A stretch of DNA of 64,000 nucleotides from Ignisphaera sp. (lineage in GTDB: Archaea > Thermoproteota > Thermoprotei_A > Sulfolobales > Ignisphaeraceae): assembly GCA_038889075.1 (NCBI GenBank), contig JAWAHS010000007.1, positions 11,387-75,386 of the forward strand, given 5' to 3'. The position numbers and the translations under genes were made by a program. The notes beneath the pieces were generated by a model. It was not told the origin of the DNA, searched no databases, and worked only from the letters and a program-made list of their open reading frames with translations. Shown piece by piece: positions 1 to 10,432 of this stretch. Positions within the stretch are counted from its first letter, which is position 1, and the number at the start of each line of letters is the position of its first letter.

Positions 1-124
1 AATATAGAAGGATAGAAACTGAAATATAGGCATCAGGCCTAGATTCACCCACAATTACTAGAAAAACCGTGAATATCACAATTATTATCGTTAATATAGT
101 GAGACCTGTATCAATTTTAGCCAT
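1..124 (-). CDS. Small membrane protein, runs off the window edge (MAKIDTGLTILTIIIVIFTVFLVIVGESRPDAYISVSILLY...)
   Basis: Read by hand on the minus strand. ATG at 124 overlaps the stop of 117..806, and the frame is open and hydrophobic to the edge. Confidence 0.6.
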   Translation of the reverse strand, partial: MAKIDTGLTILTIIIVIFTVFLVIVGESRPDAYISVSILLY

Positions 125-806
125 ATTTGGTACCTTCAAGTCTTAATGTAACTTTGTAACTCTCTTGCGATACTATTTCAGTAACTATTTCTACATTTTG
201 CTCAAAGTGATGCGCTATAACAGCTAAAACATATAGCCTCAATGGATTTACAGGCATTTTTATATAGTTGAAACCTATATTTGTTAAATCTATAAACTCT
301 ATAGAGATTAAACTATCTTCTCTAGTTACACTAATACCTCTACACACCATAGCCGTTTCTATAAAGATATTTCTGAGCTTGTCTATTAAATCGCCTACCC
401 CAACGCTATGCATTACAAATTTCAGTATATTTTCAGCAGATATTCCTACATATGGAATGTTTTTCGCAGTGCCTATCCCTACAACGATGTTATTGCATTC
501 AATATCCTTTGAGGAGAAGTAGAATGTTTTCTTTTCATAGCAAAGTTTTAGTTTATGCTTACTAGGAATACCCATATCCTCTATGAGCCTTACTAAAACT
601 GCATCTAGGTCTTCAATATAGTGTTTAAGCATATCTTCAGTTGGTTCACTGTAGCCAAATCCAGCAATTATAAATACAATGCCAATTACACTAACCGATA
701 ATGCTGTACCAACAATTCTATCACTTGCAACTACAATACCATACACCATGAATGTGACAGCCAAAGCTATGACAACTAGTCCTACTAATACATACCTTCT
801 CTCCAT
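117..806 (-). CDS. Hypothetical membrane protein (two N-terminal TM helices plus a soluble domain)
   Basis: 229-aa ORF directly downstream of moxR on the same strand. Confidence 0.75.
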   Translation of the reverse strand: MERRYVLVGLVVIALAVTFMVYGIVVASDRIVGTALSVSVIGIVFIIAGFGYSEPTEDMLKHYIEDLDAVLVRLIEDMGIPSKHKLKLCYEKKTFYFSSKDIECNNIVVGIGTAKNIPYVGISAENILKFVMHSVGVGDLIDKLRNIFIETAMVCRGISVTREDSLISIEFIDLTNIGFNYIKMPVNPLRLYVLAVIAHHFEQNVEIVTEIVSQESYKVTLRLEGTKYG

Positions 807-839
807 CTAAAATCACTTTTTACTGGAGCTATTTCCTAG

Positions 840-1802
840 CTATTCCTTTGGAACCTTAACTTTACTTAAAGCCTCTTTAACAATGTCCTCGGGCTTCAAG
901 CCCTCAGCTATAGCTTCATCTGTTAAAATAATTCTATGGCTGAGTGTCTCTATAGCTATTTCTTTAATATCGTCTGGAATTACATAGTCTCTCTTATTCA
1001 TTAAAGCTACAGCTTTAGCTATTCTGTACATAAATATCGATCCTCTATGGCTCATACCAACTTTAACATTTCTGTTACTCCTTATGTAATTCACTAATTC
1101 AGCTATATAATGTACTATTCTATCATCAACATAAATGCCTTGGGATAAAAATTCCTGTAGCCTTAGATAATCATCTAATTCAATAGATTTCTCAATGGCA
1201 GATACATCAACGGTATAAAGTCTATCGGCTATCCTAATAATCTCTATTTCCTCTTCCATAGGGTTGTATTCGGAAAAACATCTTACCCAAAATCTATCTC
1301 GAAGAGTAAGAGTTAGTGGATATACACCTATTTCTTGCTCTATAGGGATCTCTGTAGCAATTACATGAAAAGGTCTTGGAAGATCGTGGTCAACACCTTC
1401 GATAGAAACCCTGTACTCCGCCATTGCTTGCAGAAGTGCTGATTGTACACGCGGCGGAGTTCTGTTCAATTCATCAAACATTAGGATATTAGAGAATACA
1501 GGTCCTTTTACAAATCTCCTAGACCCATCTAATCCATATATATAGTACCCTGTAAGATCTGTAGGAAGAATATCAGGATTACCTTGAACACGAGCAAAAC
1601 TACCACCAATAACTCTAGCTATAGACTTAGCAATCAATGTCTTAGCAGTTCCAGGCGGACCCTCTAAGAGAACATGACCTCCTCCAATAAAAGTAGCTAA
1701 GATAATATGTAATAAACGCGTTTTCCCTATAATACCTTTAGATACAGATCTTACAATCCCATCAATAACCTCGTAAGCTTTATCAAAATCCATAGCTAGC
1801 AC
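840..1802 (-). CDS. moxR: MoxR family AAA+ ATPase
   Basis: Walker A GPPGTAKT, RVQGNPDILPTDLTG, Walker B MFDELNRTPPRVQSALL, and LRDRF. Confidence 0.95.
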   Translation of the reverse strand: MLAMDFDKAYEVIDGIVRSVSKGIIGKTRLLHIILATFIGGGHVLLEGPPGTAKTLIAKSIARVIGGSFARVQGNPDILPTDLTGYYIYGLDGSRRFVKGPVFSNILMFDELNRTPPRVQSALLQAMAEYRVSIEGVDHDLPRPFHVIATEIPIEQEIGVYPLTLTLRDRFWVRCFSEYNPMEEEIEIIRIADRLYTVDVSAIEKSIELDDYLRLQEFLSQGIYVDDRIVHYIAELVNYIRSNRNVKVGMSHRGSIFMYRIAKAVALMNKRDYVIPDDIKEIAIETLSHRIILTDEAIAEGLKPEDIVKEALSKVKVPKE

Positions 1803-1887
1803 CGTAAATCTCTCTACTTTTAATAAAATCCTAAGCTAAATAAGCTTAGCTAACCTGATTAAATTTAAATAGCTAGTTAAACGCGCG

Positions 1888-1920
1888 ACCTCCTCCCATC
1901 CTAAAGGGTGGGGATACTGT
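1888..1920. mobile_element. IS200/IS605-like terminal hairpin remnant
   Basis: CTCCT-CCCATCC-TAAA-GGGTGGG-GATAC, a GC-rich hairpin with a TAAA loop in AT-rich intergenic DNA. Confidence 0.45.
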
Positions 1921-2413
1921 TGTAGCTTAAACAATACATCATCTATTTCAATACAATAATAGCTAAATCCACATTAGCTATCTCAGGACTACTTTCTCAA
2001 ACAGGACATACAATAATTTCACTATAATAAAGCATATCATATGCGGGTAAGTACTTTAGAAACATATGAAGTGAGCAAAACAATTACAATAATTATCAAT
2101 CTATTGCTACCCTAGTAGCTGTAGAGTTCATAGTAAAAACATCGTTATAGACTATGCTAGGTTAGAGAAGCTGAAAAATATTATTGCATTTATTTACCGA
2201 AATGAACCTTCTTATAAGCACTATATTACTCCTTAATTTAATGCTCGATTTTTACAAAGTTTAATGTTTATAGCGATGGAAGAAGCCTCCTATATTTGCT
2301 TACAGTGTTAATGCTATCCCTAAGTTAAATACCAATTATTATTCTTAGTGGATAATTCAGATAAAGCCTTTTCTTTAATCAATATACTGCTTAATTTTCT
2401 ATTCTCTCTACTT

Positions 2414-3076
2414 TTAAATCATATTTAATACTCCATCCTTTAAGATGTATTCCTCATCATTATCGTAGTATGTATGAAGATCTACCGTGGTTATTATTGT
2501 TGCAATATTGCTTTTCTTAACAATCTTCTTCACGTAATTATGAATTATTTCTGTAGTTTTATCGTCTAGGTTTGAGTAGGGTTCATCGGCTATGAGTAGT
2601 TTTGGTTTCTTAGCTAGTGCTCGGGCTATAGCGACTCTTTGCCTTTGTCCTCCTGATAGCTGATCGGGGTAGTGATCTTCTAAGCCATTTATCTCGAAAG
2701 TTTCAATGAGTTCAACGATTATCTTTCTTCTTTCTTCTTTATCTACACCTAGTATTTTTAGTGGTAATTCTATGTTTTCCCAAACAGTAAGCTCTGGGAG
2801 TAGAGTATAGCTTTGGTCAATGTATCCTATTTCCTTGAGTTTTATTGATGCCCTACGCGATTCGCTTAATCTCCAAACATCATTGTCTCTATAGATTACT
2901 GAACCCATGTTTGGTTTCATAAGTAGACACGCTATTTTTGCTAACGTTGATTTTCCTACACCACTTCTACCACGAATAAGAACAACCTTACCTTCGCTAA
3001 CCTCTAAATGGATACCTTTAAGAATATATTCACCGCTGTATTTTTTCCATATATTCACGAGCTTAAGCAAGGACAT
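2414..3076 (-). CDS. ABC transporter ATP-binding protein (LolD/MacB-type)
   Basis: GRSGVGKST, LSGGQRQRVAIARAL and ADEPYSNLD. Confidence 0.92.
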   Translation of the reverse strand: MSLLKLVNIWKKYSGEYILKGIHLEVSEGKVVLIRGRSGVGKSTLAKIACLLMKPNMGSVIYRDNDVWRLSESRRASIKLKEIGYIDQSYTLLPELTVWENIELPLKILGVDKEERRKIIVELIETFEINGLEDHYPDQLSGGQRQRVAIARALAKKPKLLIADEPYSNLDDKTTEIIHNYVKKIVKKSNIATIITTVDLHTYYDNDEEYILKDGVLNMI

Positions 3077-4541
3077 ACAAATACCCTACATTGAATACTA
3101 CACTTCTATCCTTAAACAAATCACAGGAAAACTTATATAAATCAACTGAAGTTATAGGTATTCCATAGACTAAGTTATCCATAGATAAAACAAGAAAATC
3201 TGGCAGTTTACAGAATCCTTTGACTACAGCGATAGGCATACCCACAATCTTTGGGATCATATAGCTGTACTTAGGATCCCCATAGATATTAGCACTTAAA
3301 GTATGTGCCTCGATAAAGTTTTTAAAAACGCTATCGTATTCCCCATACCTCCAGTAAAAAGTGTAAGGGTTGTGGTTAAGAGTCGATGCTAAACTGCATA
3401 TAATCGTTGTTAATACCAGTGTTAGAAAGATTGCAGCGCCTACTTTTCTACCGTTTCTAGCTATATCAATAGCCATGGGTATGAAGGCGTACATAAGGTA
3501 GTTAACTATCCTATGGATTATACCTAGGGCTTCCACCATGTATGTAGATATGTATAGGAATAGAACTGCTATAGGCAATAATACTGCCACTCTAATTCTA
3601 CCTAGAGACCTCTCTCTAACCCTATAGGCTATAGAGATTACCGGTGGAATTACGTAGAATAACGATAACGGGTTGTCTATAGGTGCAGTAATGGTATAGA
3701 TGATCGATATTGATGCTAGAAGTGAAGCTATTGCTATAAGAGGTGCTGAGGCTACCCCACCTAGGAATAGATAAGCTAAGTAGACAGCTATAGCATAGAT
3801 GCCAAGAATAGCCAAATCCATTAGAGAGAAATGTATTAGAGGTTCAGCAATATATGTTGTATATAGCGTGTAAGCTATTGCTAGAGATAAAATCGCAGCA
3901 ATATGTTGAGATCTCACCTTGAACTTCTCCCTACCTCTAAGAGAGTCTACGAGGTTTACATAGAGATAACTACATAGTATTGCTATACACATAGCGCTCG
4001 CTAAAGGATGACTTAATACAAGGGCTATCGAAAAGAGTATGGGCAATATAGGTAGTCTTGATCTAGATTCGTGAATAGCTAGGTAAAGCAATATAGGTGT
4101 TAGTACATAACCATAGAATTCTTTTAGATATGCAGATGTAAATAGGGTAAACGAAGGTAGAAGAGATACTGCAAGTGGGGCAATTAAGCAACACCTGTAT
4201 TTATAGCTATACCTTCTTGCTAGTAGATATACAGATAGAGACACGGCTATTGAAAGTATTGTTACACCAGCGAACTTAAAGAAGTAGTCTGAAGACATAC
4301 CAGTTACATGGATATACATAATGCTCTCTACTGAAGAGAGTGGCCAGAACACGTGATGCCCGTAGATTTCAGATAGAGAATATATATCCACTCTTGGATT
4401 CTTGAGCACATACTCTGTTAAACGCTTAAGTGGCCAAACATCGTTAGAAAATAGATTGTTTGTATATAAACTGGGCATTAATCTAATTAAAACAGTAAAC
4501 AGTAAAACTACCACAAATAACACTAGATTGTTAACCTTCAT
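3063..4541 (-). CDS. Polytopic membrane protein, possibly a GT-C-fold glycosyltransferase
   Basis: About 12 TM segments, an acidic NDVW motif in the first external loop, KE and HP motifs, and a C-terminal soluble domain. Confidence 0.6.
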   Translation of the reverse strand: MKVNNLVLFVVVLLFTVLIRLMPSLYTNNLFSNDVWPLKRLTEYVLKNPRVDIYSLSEIYGHHVFWPLSSVESIMYIHVTGMSSDYFFKFAGVTILSIAVSLSVYLLARRYSYKYRCCLIAPLAVSLLPSFTLFTSAYLKEFYGYVLTPILLYLAIHESRSRLPILPILFSIALVLSHPLASAMCIAILCSYLYVNLVDSLRGREKFKVRSQHIAAILSLAIAYTLYTTYIAEPLIHFSLMDLAILGIYAIAVYLAYLFLGGVASAPLIAIASLLASISIIYTITAPIDNPLSLFYVIPPVISIAYRVRERSLGRIRVAVLLPIAVLFLYISTYMVEALGIIHRIVNYLMYAFIPMAIDIARNGRKVGAAIFLTLVLTTIICSLASTLNHNPYTFYWRYGEYDSVFKNFIEAHTLSANIYGDPKYSYMIPKIVGMPIAVVKGFCKLPDFLVLSMDNLVYGIPITSVDLYKFSCDLFKDRSVVFNVGYLYVLA

Positions 4542-5631
4542 AATTCTTCAACTCATTAACAATTCCAGCTATACATAGAGTGAATTGTGCAGAGCCTATA
4601 TAGATCACATCACTGCTATCTATGTTTAAAGGTATTCTGTAACCTAGAAGACTAGTCAAAGGTTTAATGTCTAGGTGTACAACAGCTATCATCGATGCTA
4701 TGCTGGATAGAGCTATTGATATGCTGAGAAGAACTATGAAAGTCGCCAAAAGCGATTTTCTAGTTATCCCAAGGGATAAAAATATTTCTAAATCTCTACG
4801 AAGATACCTAACTGTTCCCATACCCAGAAGAGGTAGACCTATTAGTGCGGTTAAAGCTATTGAGTAAGCTAGATACACTATGTAATCTCTATATATACCA
4901 AATTTAGCTAAATATACCTCAGTAGGGTTTTGAAACTCCCTAAATTCTATAATTTTATCTCCTCTAATTGCAACAAGCATGACCCTTCTAACTAACTTCT
5001 CTACAGCTGATTCATCTACTCTTAACGCTAAAGCTTCGTAAACCTTGCTAAGAGTATCCATATCGTCTACTTCAACTATCACAAAGCTATAGTAATTGGA
5101 TGGAACACCTCTGATCCTAGCAATAGTGTTATGATCTACACCAATACCTGGTTTCTCACCAACACCGCATATTCTAAGGAATAGAGTTTCTTGGGTAAAT
5201 ACAGACTGGACGGGTATGAAACCATTCCATAAAACTTCTGTTCTCTTCAACAATTCTTGATCAGGGTAGGCACATGTATCCTTAACATCTTTTATTTCAT
5301 ATATCACTACAGGTTCTACACCTACGAATCCTATGGTTACAAATACAGATTGCAGATAGACATTCTCAAATCCCTTCAGTTTCTCCTCTATGTACTTTAA
5401 ATCTACGATAGATGTAAACGGCGATACAGCATCACTAGATATGATGATTTTAAACCTACTACTGCTATTTATTGGGTAGAAAGCATCGTATACCCCGTAC
5501 AACGATTTTATAGACCCTATAGCTGATAAAGCTAGTATAGATAAAGCTGTAGAGCTCAAGGCTATGAATAGTACTACCCCTATTTTCTTACTAAGTATAT
5601 GCATTAAAACAACTACTGTATATCTAGCCAT
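4531..5631 (-). CDS. FtsX/MacB-like ABC permease
   Basis: TM1, a large loop, then three TMs with the motif RRDLEIFLSLGITRK. In an operon with the LolD-type ATPase. Confidence 0.7.
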   Translation of the reverse strand: MARYTVVVLMHILSKKIGVVLFIALSSTALSILALSAIGSIKSLYGVYDAFYPINSSSRFKIIISSDAVSPFTSIVDLKYIEEKLKGFENVYLQSVFVTIGFVGVEPVVIYEIKDVKDTCAYPDQELLKRTEVLWNGFIPVQSVFTQETLFLRICGVGEKPGIGVDHNTIARIRGVPSNYYSFVIVEVDDMDTLSKVYEALALRVDESAVEKLVRRVMLVAIRGDKIIEFREFQNPTEVYLAKFGIYRDYIVYLAYSIALTALIGLPLLGMGTVRYLRRDLEIFLSLGITRKSLLATFIVLLSISIALSSIASMIAVVHLDIKPLTSLLGYRIPLNIDSSDVIYIGSAQFTLCIAGIVNELKNYEG

Positions 5632-6547
5632 ACTCTATCCTCCTCAATCCGAGAGCCAAAGAGATAGCTATAGTTAGACATAGAACTATCAAGGCTATAG
5701 GTAAGATTAGTAGTCGCGGAGACGGTTGTAGAGAAAACCAGTATAAGTTAGCAACCTTGTGTAGAGTATTGAGTGCTACTATGGATATCGATATAAGAAA
5801 CATTAAAATTATAGAAGATATGCTAGTTATGGCTATTGCAACCCCTAAGATAATCTTCCTTCTATCTATGCCAAGATATAGGAACACCTCAATTTCATCT
5901 TCAAGTGCGGTAAATACCCTCGACAAAGCTATATACATAAGAGGTGCATGGGCTATTAACAATGCTGTTATCCAGGCCAAAGAAGCCTCAACTACACCTT
6001 TCTCCAAGAACTTAAAGGCATACCTCAATACCTCCAACGAATTTATCCTACACAGCTTAACCCTACTATCAATAGAATTGTTAACCAACACTATAACGGC
6101 GTAGAAACCTGTATGAGTATGGGAAACGCATCTCTTGACATCATCTATAGCTATGCCGCCATCTAAGTACCTCCTGTAAATATCCATTGGGACTGATACG
6201 AACCCACAATCTTTTGCTACCTCCTTAAAATTTACGATGTTCTTAAGCAAAATATCTACAGAAGCAATAATCAGAGGTAGCTCAAATTCATTTAATCGAA
6301 CTACCCCAGCTACTTCTACAGAAGAACACAGGTCGGATGTAACATGAGCATCCTGAGCTACAAACAAATTCACGGTGTTAATGACGGTGCCCTGCAGCAT
6401 GGTATCTGCAAACCTGGATATATTTGGTATTGATAGGAGAATAGTAGCTAATACAATAGGCGCTGCAAAGGATACTATCAACGATCTATAGGCCCTTTTT
6501 CTGAGAATAGATAAAATTATAGCTTTTATGATCTCTATAAAAACCAT
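5624..6547 (-). CDS. FtsX/MacB-like ABC permease
   Basis: Same topology as the neighbour, with EDEIEVFLYLGIDRRK and an overlapping stop/start. Confidence 0.7.
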   Translation of the reverse strand: MVFIEIIKAIILSILRKRAYRSLIVSFAAPIVLATILLSIPNISRFADTMLQGTVINTVNLFVAQDAHVTSDLCSSVEVAGVVRLNEFELPLIIASVDILLKNIVNFKEVAKDCGFVSVPMDIYRRYLDGGIAIDDVKRCVSHTHTGFYAVIVLVNNSIDSRVKLCRINSLEVLRYAFKFLEKGVVEASLAWITALLIAHAPLMYIALSRVFTALEDEIEVFLYLGIDRRKIILGVAIAITSISSIILMFLISISIVALNTLHKVANLYWFSLQPSPRLLILPIALIVLCLTIAISLALGLRRIEYG

Positions 6548-7076
6548 AGCTCTTCATCTACATGTTTTACAATTTGTAGGCGTTCTCCAAGGATAGTACT
6601 ACATATTATAAAAAGATTTTTACTGCTATATATTCTTTTCAAAGTCAATCAGACCTTCTGTAATAAGTATAGGGTTGAAAGCCGTGTACCAACGTATAGC
6701 TGTAGCTAGTAAAGCTTAAGCCCAATATTCCCAGGGGGTATGCTAAGCTTATAGTGCATACCCGACATATGCACCATTTTTACCAAAGGCTAAAGGCCTT
6801 AGATGAAGCTATAACGCTTGCTGTATCCTATGATAGTCTTCAGTCTAGAGATTTCTCGTACAATCCTTACCTTCTAACTATATTCTTCAGTAAAGAAAGA
6901 GTAAAGATTCTAATACAACTAATCCCATCCCTCTAGCCCCTAAACAGTTTATCCTCTAAAGTCTCATCATAGATCCTCCTAGTGGTATGGTGCACAATGG
7001 TGTCTGCAAAAAGTTGAGGTATATCTATGAGGTGTTGTGTACGGCTTTGGATGTAGAGAAGAATATGGCTATAGAC

Positions 7077-7316
7077 TTAATTTCTGGTGATGGCTCTAGC
7101 AGATGTAGATTGATATCCCTTTTCTTTTGCATAGTTCTCTACTTCTCTACCTATCCATACTCCCGCTAGAATCCCTATAACCTCTTTCTCTGGATAGCAT
7201 CTCTTCACTATATCGAGTTTACTCAAGAGATTACCTACATCTCCATGCCTAGGCTTAACATTAACTTCAACAAAATATACAGATCTATCGCTCTCTATAA
7301 GAAGCTCTATAGGCAA
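7077..7316 (-). pseudogene. C-terminal fragment of a PD-(D/E)XK coiled-coil nuclease family gene
   Basis: IELLIESDRSVYFVEV...IGREVENYAKEKG aligns with the C-terminus of 34535..35281 (VDLFIETDRAAYVIEVK...IGREVESYAKSKG). The N-terminal part is missing. Confidence 0.75.
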
Positions 7317-7660
7317 CTACCGCCATTGGTTCAATCCATGCTGTGGCTTAGGAAGCTTCAGAGTCTCCCTAAACCTAATACATATGCTACACATATCTAG
7401 CTCCAGCTCACTGGCAATATCATTTGCAAATTCATCTATCACTCTACTCATCTCGTCACTCCTCAGTATCCTCTTAAGCCTATCCATTTTTCTTCTCCCT
7501 TGTATAATAATATAGTTTAACAGTGGTTGCGGTATTCTAGTACTCAATTTAAACACCAATAACAGTATTATATAACGGAGAATATAGATTCTATTAAGAT
7601 GAGCGAAACCGTAAGATAGCAATCAAATTCTCTCGAACGTCGCTATAGCTAAGCTAGTCT
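7317..7660 (-). pseudogene. Deletion scar of a second isc operon: iscU promoter and first codons fused in frame to the 3' half of the HTH-CxxC regulator
   Basis: 7530-7655 resembles 19797-19926. The encoded PQPLLNY..GRR..ELDMCSIC.RF..L.LPKPQ matches 17221..17559. Confidence 0.85.
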
Positions 7661-7845
7661 ATGTAGATATATGGGAGCTTTACTAGTATAGAAAGCATCT
7701 AGAGCTCCATACAATCACTCCAATCTTAGAAAATACATTGAATAGCATCCCATCCACTCTAAATCCATCGATTGTCTACAGGATAAAAAATTTAAAACTG
7801 TTCCTAACGTACAAAATAACACATCTACCCACCGCCTATTTGGGA

Positions 7846-8082
7846 ATGGACATGCCTTTAGAACTAAAAAATGTTATTCCAACTGCTGTATATAGATGCG
7901 AAGTTTGTGGTAAAACTACATCTACTCCAATTCTCTATAAGACTTGCTGTATGAATAAACCTGTTGCCTTATGTAGTCGTGAATGTCTGAATAGGTGGAT
8001 CAGTGAATGGATTAAAAACCAAGAACAGATTCTAAGGAATAGAGAGGGTGCTAGAAAACCCCTTAGAAAACTCTATGCATAG
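7846..8082 (+). CDS. Small Cys-rich metal-binding protein (TRASH/zinc-finger-like)
   Basis: RCEVCGK...TCCMNKPVALCSRECL. Probable start is ATG 7846 or 7852. Confidence 0.7.
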   Translation: MDMPLELKNVIPTAVYRCEVCGKTTSTPILYKTCCMNKPVALCSRECLNRWISEWIKNQEQILRNREGARKPLRKLYA

Positions 8083-8432
8083 CCCAATTCTATGCTATTC
8101 ACGATACTTCTATAGATACTTAGTGGACAATCGCTACACCTTTTATAATTGCCTTTCCATTACCAAAAACATAATCGTAGTATCATCTATACTGACTGGG
8201 ATCAAGACTCTTGGTTTAAACTACTCCTCATTTCGAGTATCTTTATCCCAACTCGGCTACTCTTTTACCAATTTTCCCACACTATCTGATAGATTCTCCA
8301 GCTGTATTCATCGAACTATTCAAACCCTTTTTTAATCGAAATAATGCATGACAAGATATTTAAACTCTTCATCCTCTCTCAATGAGGTGGCCCTGGCCAG
8401 GTATCCCAATGCTGGTGTGGAGAGGCCCTCAG

Positions 8433-8465
8433 ACTCCCTACCCATTACAATGGGTAGGGTTTTCT
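8433..8465. repeat. Perfect hairpin CCCTACCCAT-TACA-ATGGGTAGGG followed by TTTTC
   Basis: 10-bp inverted repeat (8436-8445 and 8450-8459), similar in layout to the 1888 hairpin. Could be an IS605-type end or a terminator. Confidence 0.55.
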
Positions 8466-8703
8466 ATGCTGTTGGTGAGTGCTGCACACCTGCTCTAGTG
8501 GTTCTGTGAACCGGTCTAGCCACAACTTCTTATATCAAGGGTTAGCCCACTAGGTTGCAGGAAAGCTGGAAACAACAAAATCTCATAGACTATTCTGATC
8601 TGAGGAATGATAGATACAGGGTTGAAAGATGGTCACATTATTGCTGATGGTCCCGGAGCTATCGGTAGTGTGTTAGTGTATGACGCAGCAATAGAATACA
8701 CAA

Positions 8704-8997
8704 TCATAGTACCTCATCTAAACATTTAACTATCATGAAATCGCTATAGATATTCTTTGGTCTATCCTCCACTATTGTGAGTGAGTTTATTTCATAAATT
8801 TTATTTAGAGAGATCTTTTCTTTAAACTTCTCTATACAAGCATCGTCACCTTCGGCATAGATCTCTACACATGGAACGCCAATTAAGTTCTCTACATAAC
8901 CTTTTAGATCGAGTGCCTTTGCAATTCTCCATACAAATCTTCTGTATCCAACGCCTTTAACATCACCACATGCAGTAATTTTAACAGCCCTAACCAT
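8704..8997 (-). CDS. acyP: Acylphosphatase
   Basis: GDVKGVGYRRF phosphate loop (canonical VQGVGFR) and GYVENL; 97 aa. Confidence 0.9.
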   Translation of the reverse strand: MVRAVKITACGDVKGVGYRRFVWRIAKALDLKGYVENLIGVPCVEIYAEGDDACIEKFKEKISLNKIYEINSLTIVEDRPKNIYSDFMIVKCLDEVL

Positions 8998-9011
8998 CCT
9001 ATCGTCGCCTC

Positions 9012-10430
9012 CTAGACAAGCTTAAATTCCATTAAAATTCTGTGATCAGCAATGTATTTCTTAAGTTTAGCTGGAGCAATAACCTCCGAATCTCCCTTAC
9101 CGATAACTTCACCAATTATTGATGCATTTAATCCTTTGGCTTTAAGATCCTTTACAACATCGTGTGCTATGGCATCGGGAGCCACTATTATAAATGGTCC
9201 ATTTGTACCGCTTGTCGCATTAGGTATTATATAGAGTTTGGTGGCTAGCTCTGATATTTGTGGAAATAGCAGTGGTACGTCATAGAGCTTTATGGTGGTA
9301 TTGCTACGTTCAGCAAGCTCCTTAACCACTAGAACTCCAGGTCCAGTAACATCCGTAGTTATCGATATATGTTCATCAGGTTTGAATTCTTCTCTGTAAT
9401 ACGGTAGATACTTGTATATTACTTGTGCAGCCTCTATATTTGGTGTTGATATTCTTTCAACAGCCTCATCCTTAGCCTTCTCCACCTCTCTAAGCTGTAT
9501 CCCTAGCTCCTCGATATCCTTAACTATACTCTCATCTACTATACAGGATAGGAAGAGGTTTATAGGGGCCAGCTCTCCCATGGGCCTTGTTATCACTAGC
9601 TTTGATCCAATCTCGACCCTATCTTCAAATAGTGGTGGAGCTCTGTCGCTATAGCCTATGGTTGTTGCCCCCATTAGGAGCCTCCCTCTCTCTAGCTGTG
9701 AGCTCCTCTCAAAGCCAACATCGTACTTCTTTGAGTAAATCTCTATGTTGCTCCAGAGCCTCTCAATAAGCTCCTCAGATGGTGCATTAATTACCGGGTA
9801 TACCCTAAGGTTTCTGTGTACACCTAAAACAAAGATATCGTTTAAAGCATTACTTAGTGCACCACTAACCTGTCTAAAGTCGCCAGGTTCTTGTGTAGGG
9901 TCTACGATATGTATAGTGTCGTTATTTACAGCTGTGAATCCCTCACCTATAGACTCTGGCAAAAAATCAAATAGTATAAATTCATCTTCTGCAAAAGGTG
10001 TTATTATTGAGTGCCCCTTACCGAGATATATTGGTAAATTCAGCTCTGCTAACTTTAAGTAAACGGGGGCTATCTTATCTAGAAATGCTTCTGGTGTATC
10101 TGCATACCTTTGATAGATCTGTACAACAGTTACTGCATACAGCTTTCTACCCCTTGAAACCGTCCTTATATCAGTTAGATCTATTTTAGCTTGAGAGTTC
10201 AAGTGATAGACTCTCCTATGAACCTCACTAGCATCGCCACTAATAATAAGGGCATCCTCCCTTGGAGCTATAGCAAACCTCGATCTATTCAGCTTTTCCT
10301 TTAAATTTCTTATAGCCGGATATACAACTCTAAGGAGGTCAACCTTAACGGCACATCCAGTTGCAAGTGCTAGCGGATTTAATCCAAGCTTTTTATAGTA
10401 TTGAATTCTCTCGATAAGCTCTTCAAACAC
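9012..10430 (-). CDS. SelD-like (selenophosphate synthetase-related) protein, putative sulfur metabolism enzyme
   Basis: N-terminal TGCAVK (Cys and Lys of SelD), DTIHIVD, NALNDIF and TDVTGPG PurM/SelD-fold motifs. No in-frame UGA. Confidence 0.88.
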   Translation of the reverse strand: MFEELIERIQYYKKLGLNPLALATGCAVKVDLLRVVYPAIRNLKEKLNRSRFAIAPREDALIISGDASEVHRRVYHLNSQAKIDLTDIRTVSRGRKLYAVTVVQIYQRYADTPEAFLDKIAPVYLKLAELNLPIYLGKGHSIITPFAEDEFILFDFLPESIGEGFTAVNNDTIHIVDPTQEPGDFRQVSGALSNALNDIFVLGVHRNLRVYPVINAPSEELIERLWSNIEIYSKKYDVGFERSSQLERGRLLMGATTIGYSDRAPPLFEDRVEIGSKLVITRPMGELAPINLFLSCIVDESIVKDIEELGIQLREVEKAKDEAVERISTPNIEAAQVIYKYLPYYREEFKPDEHISITTDVTGPGVLVVKELAERSNTTIKLYDVPLLFPQISELATKLYIIPNATSGTNGPFIIVAPDAIAHDVVKDLKAKGLNASIIGEVIGKGDSEVIAPAKLKKYIADHRILMEFKLV

Positions 10431-10432
10431 CT

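Noticed and set aside
9012-10430. Possible selenocysteine or Se-utilisation system
   Set aside because: The active-site residue is Cys, there is no in-frame UGA, and no selA/selB/SECIS is seen in the window.
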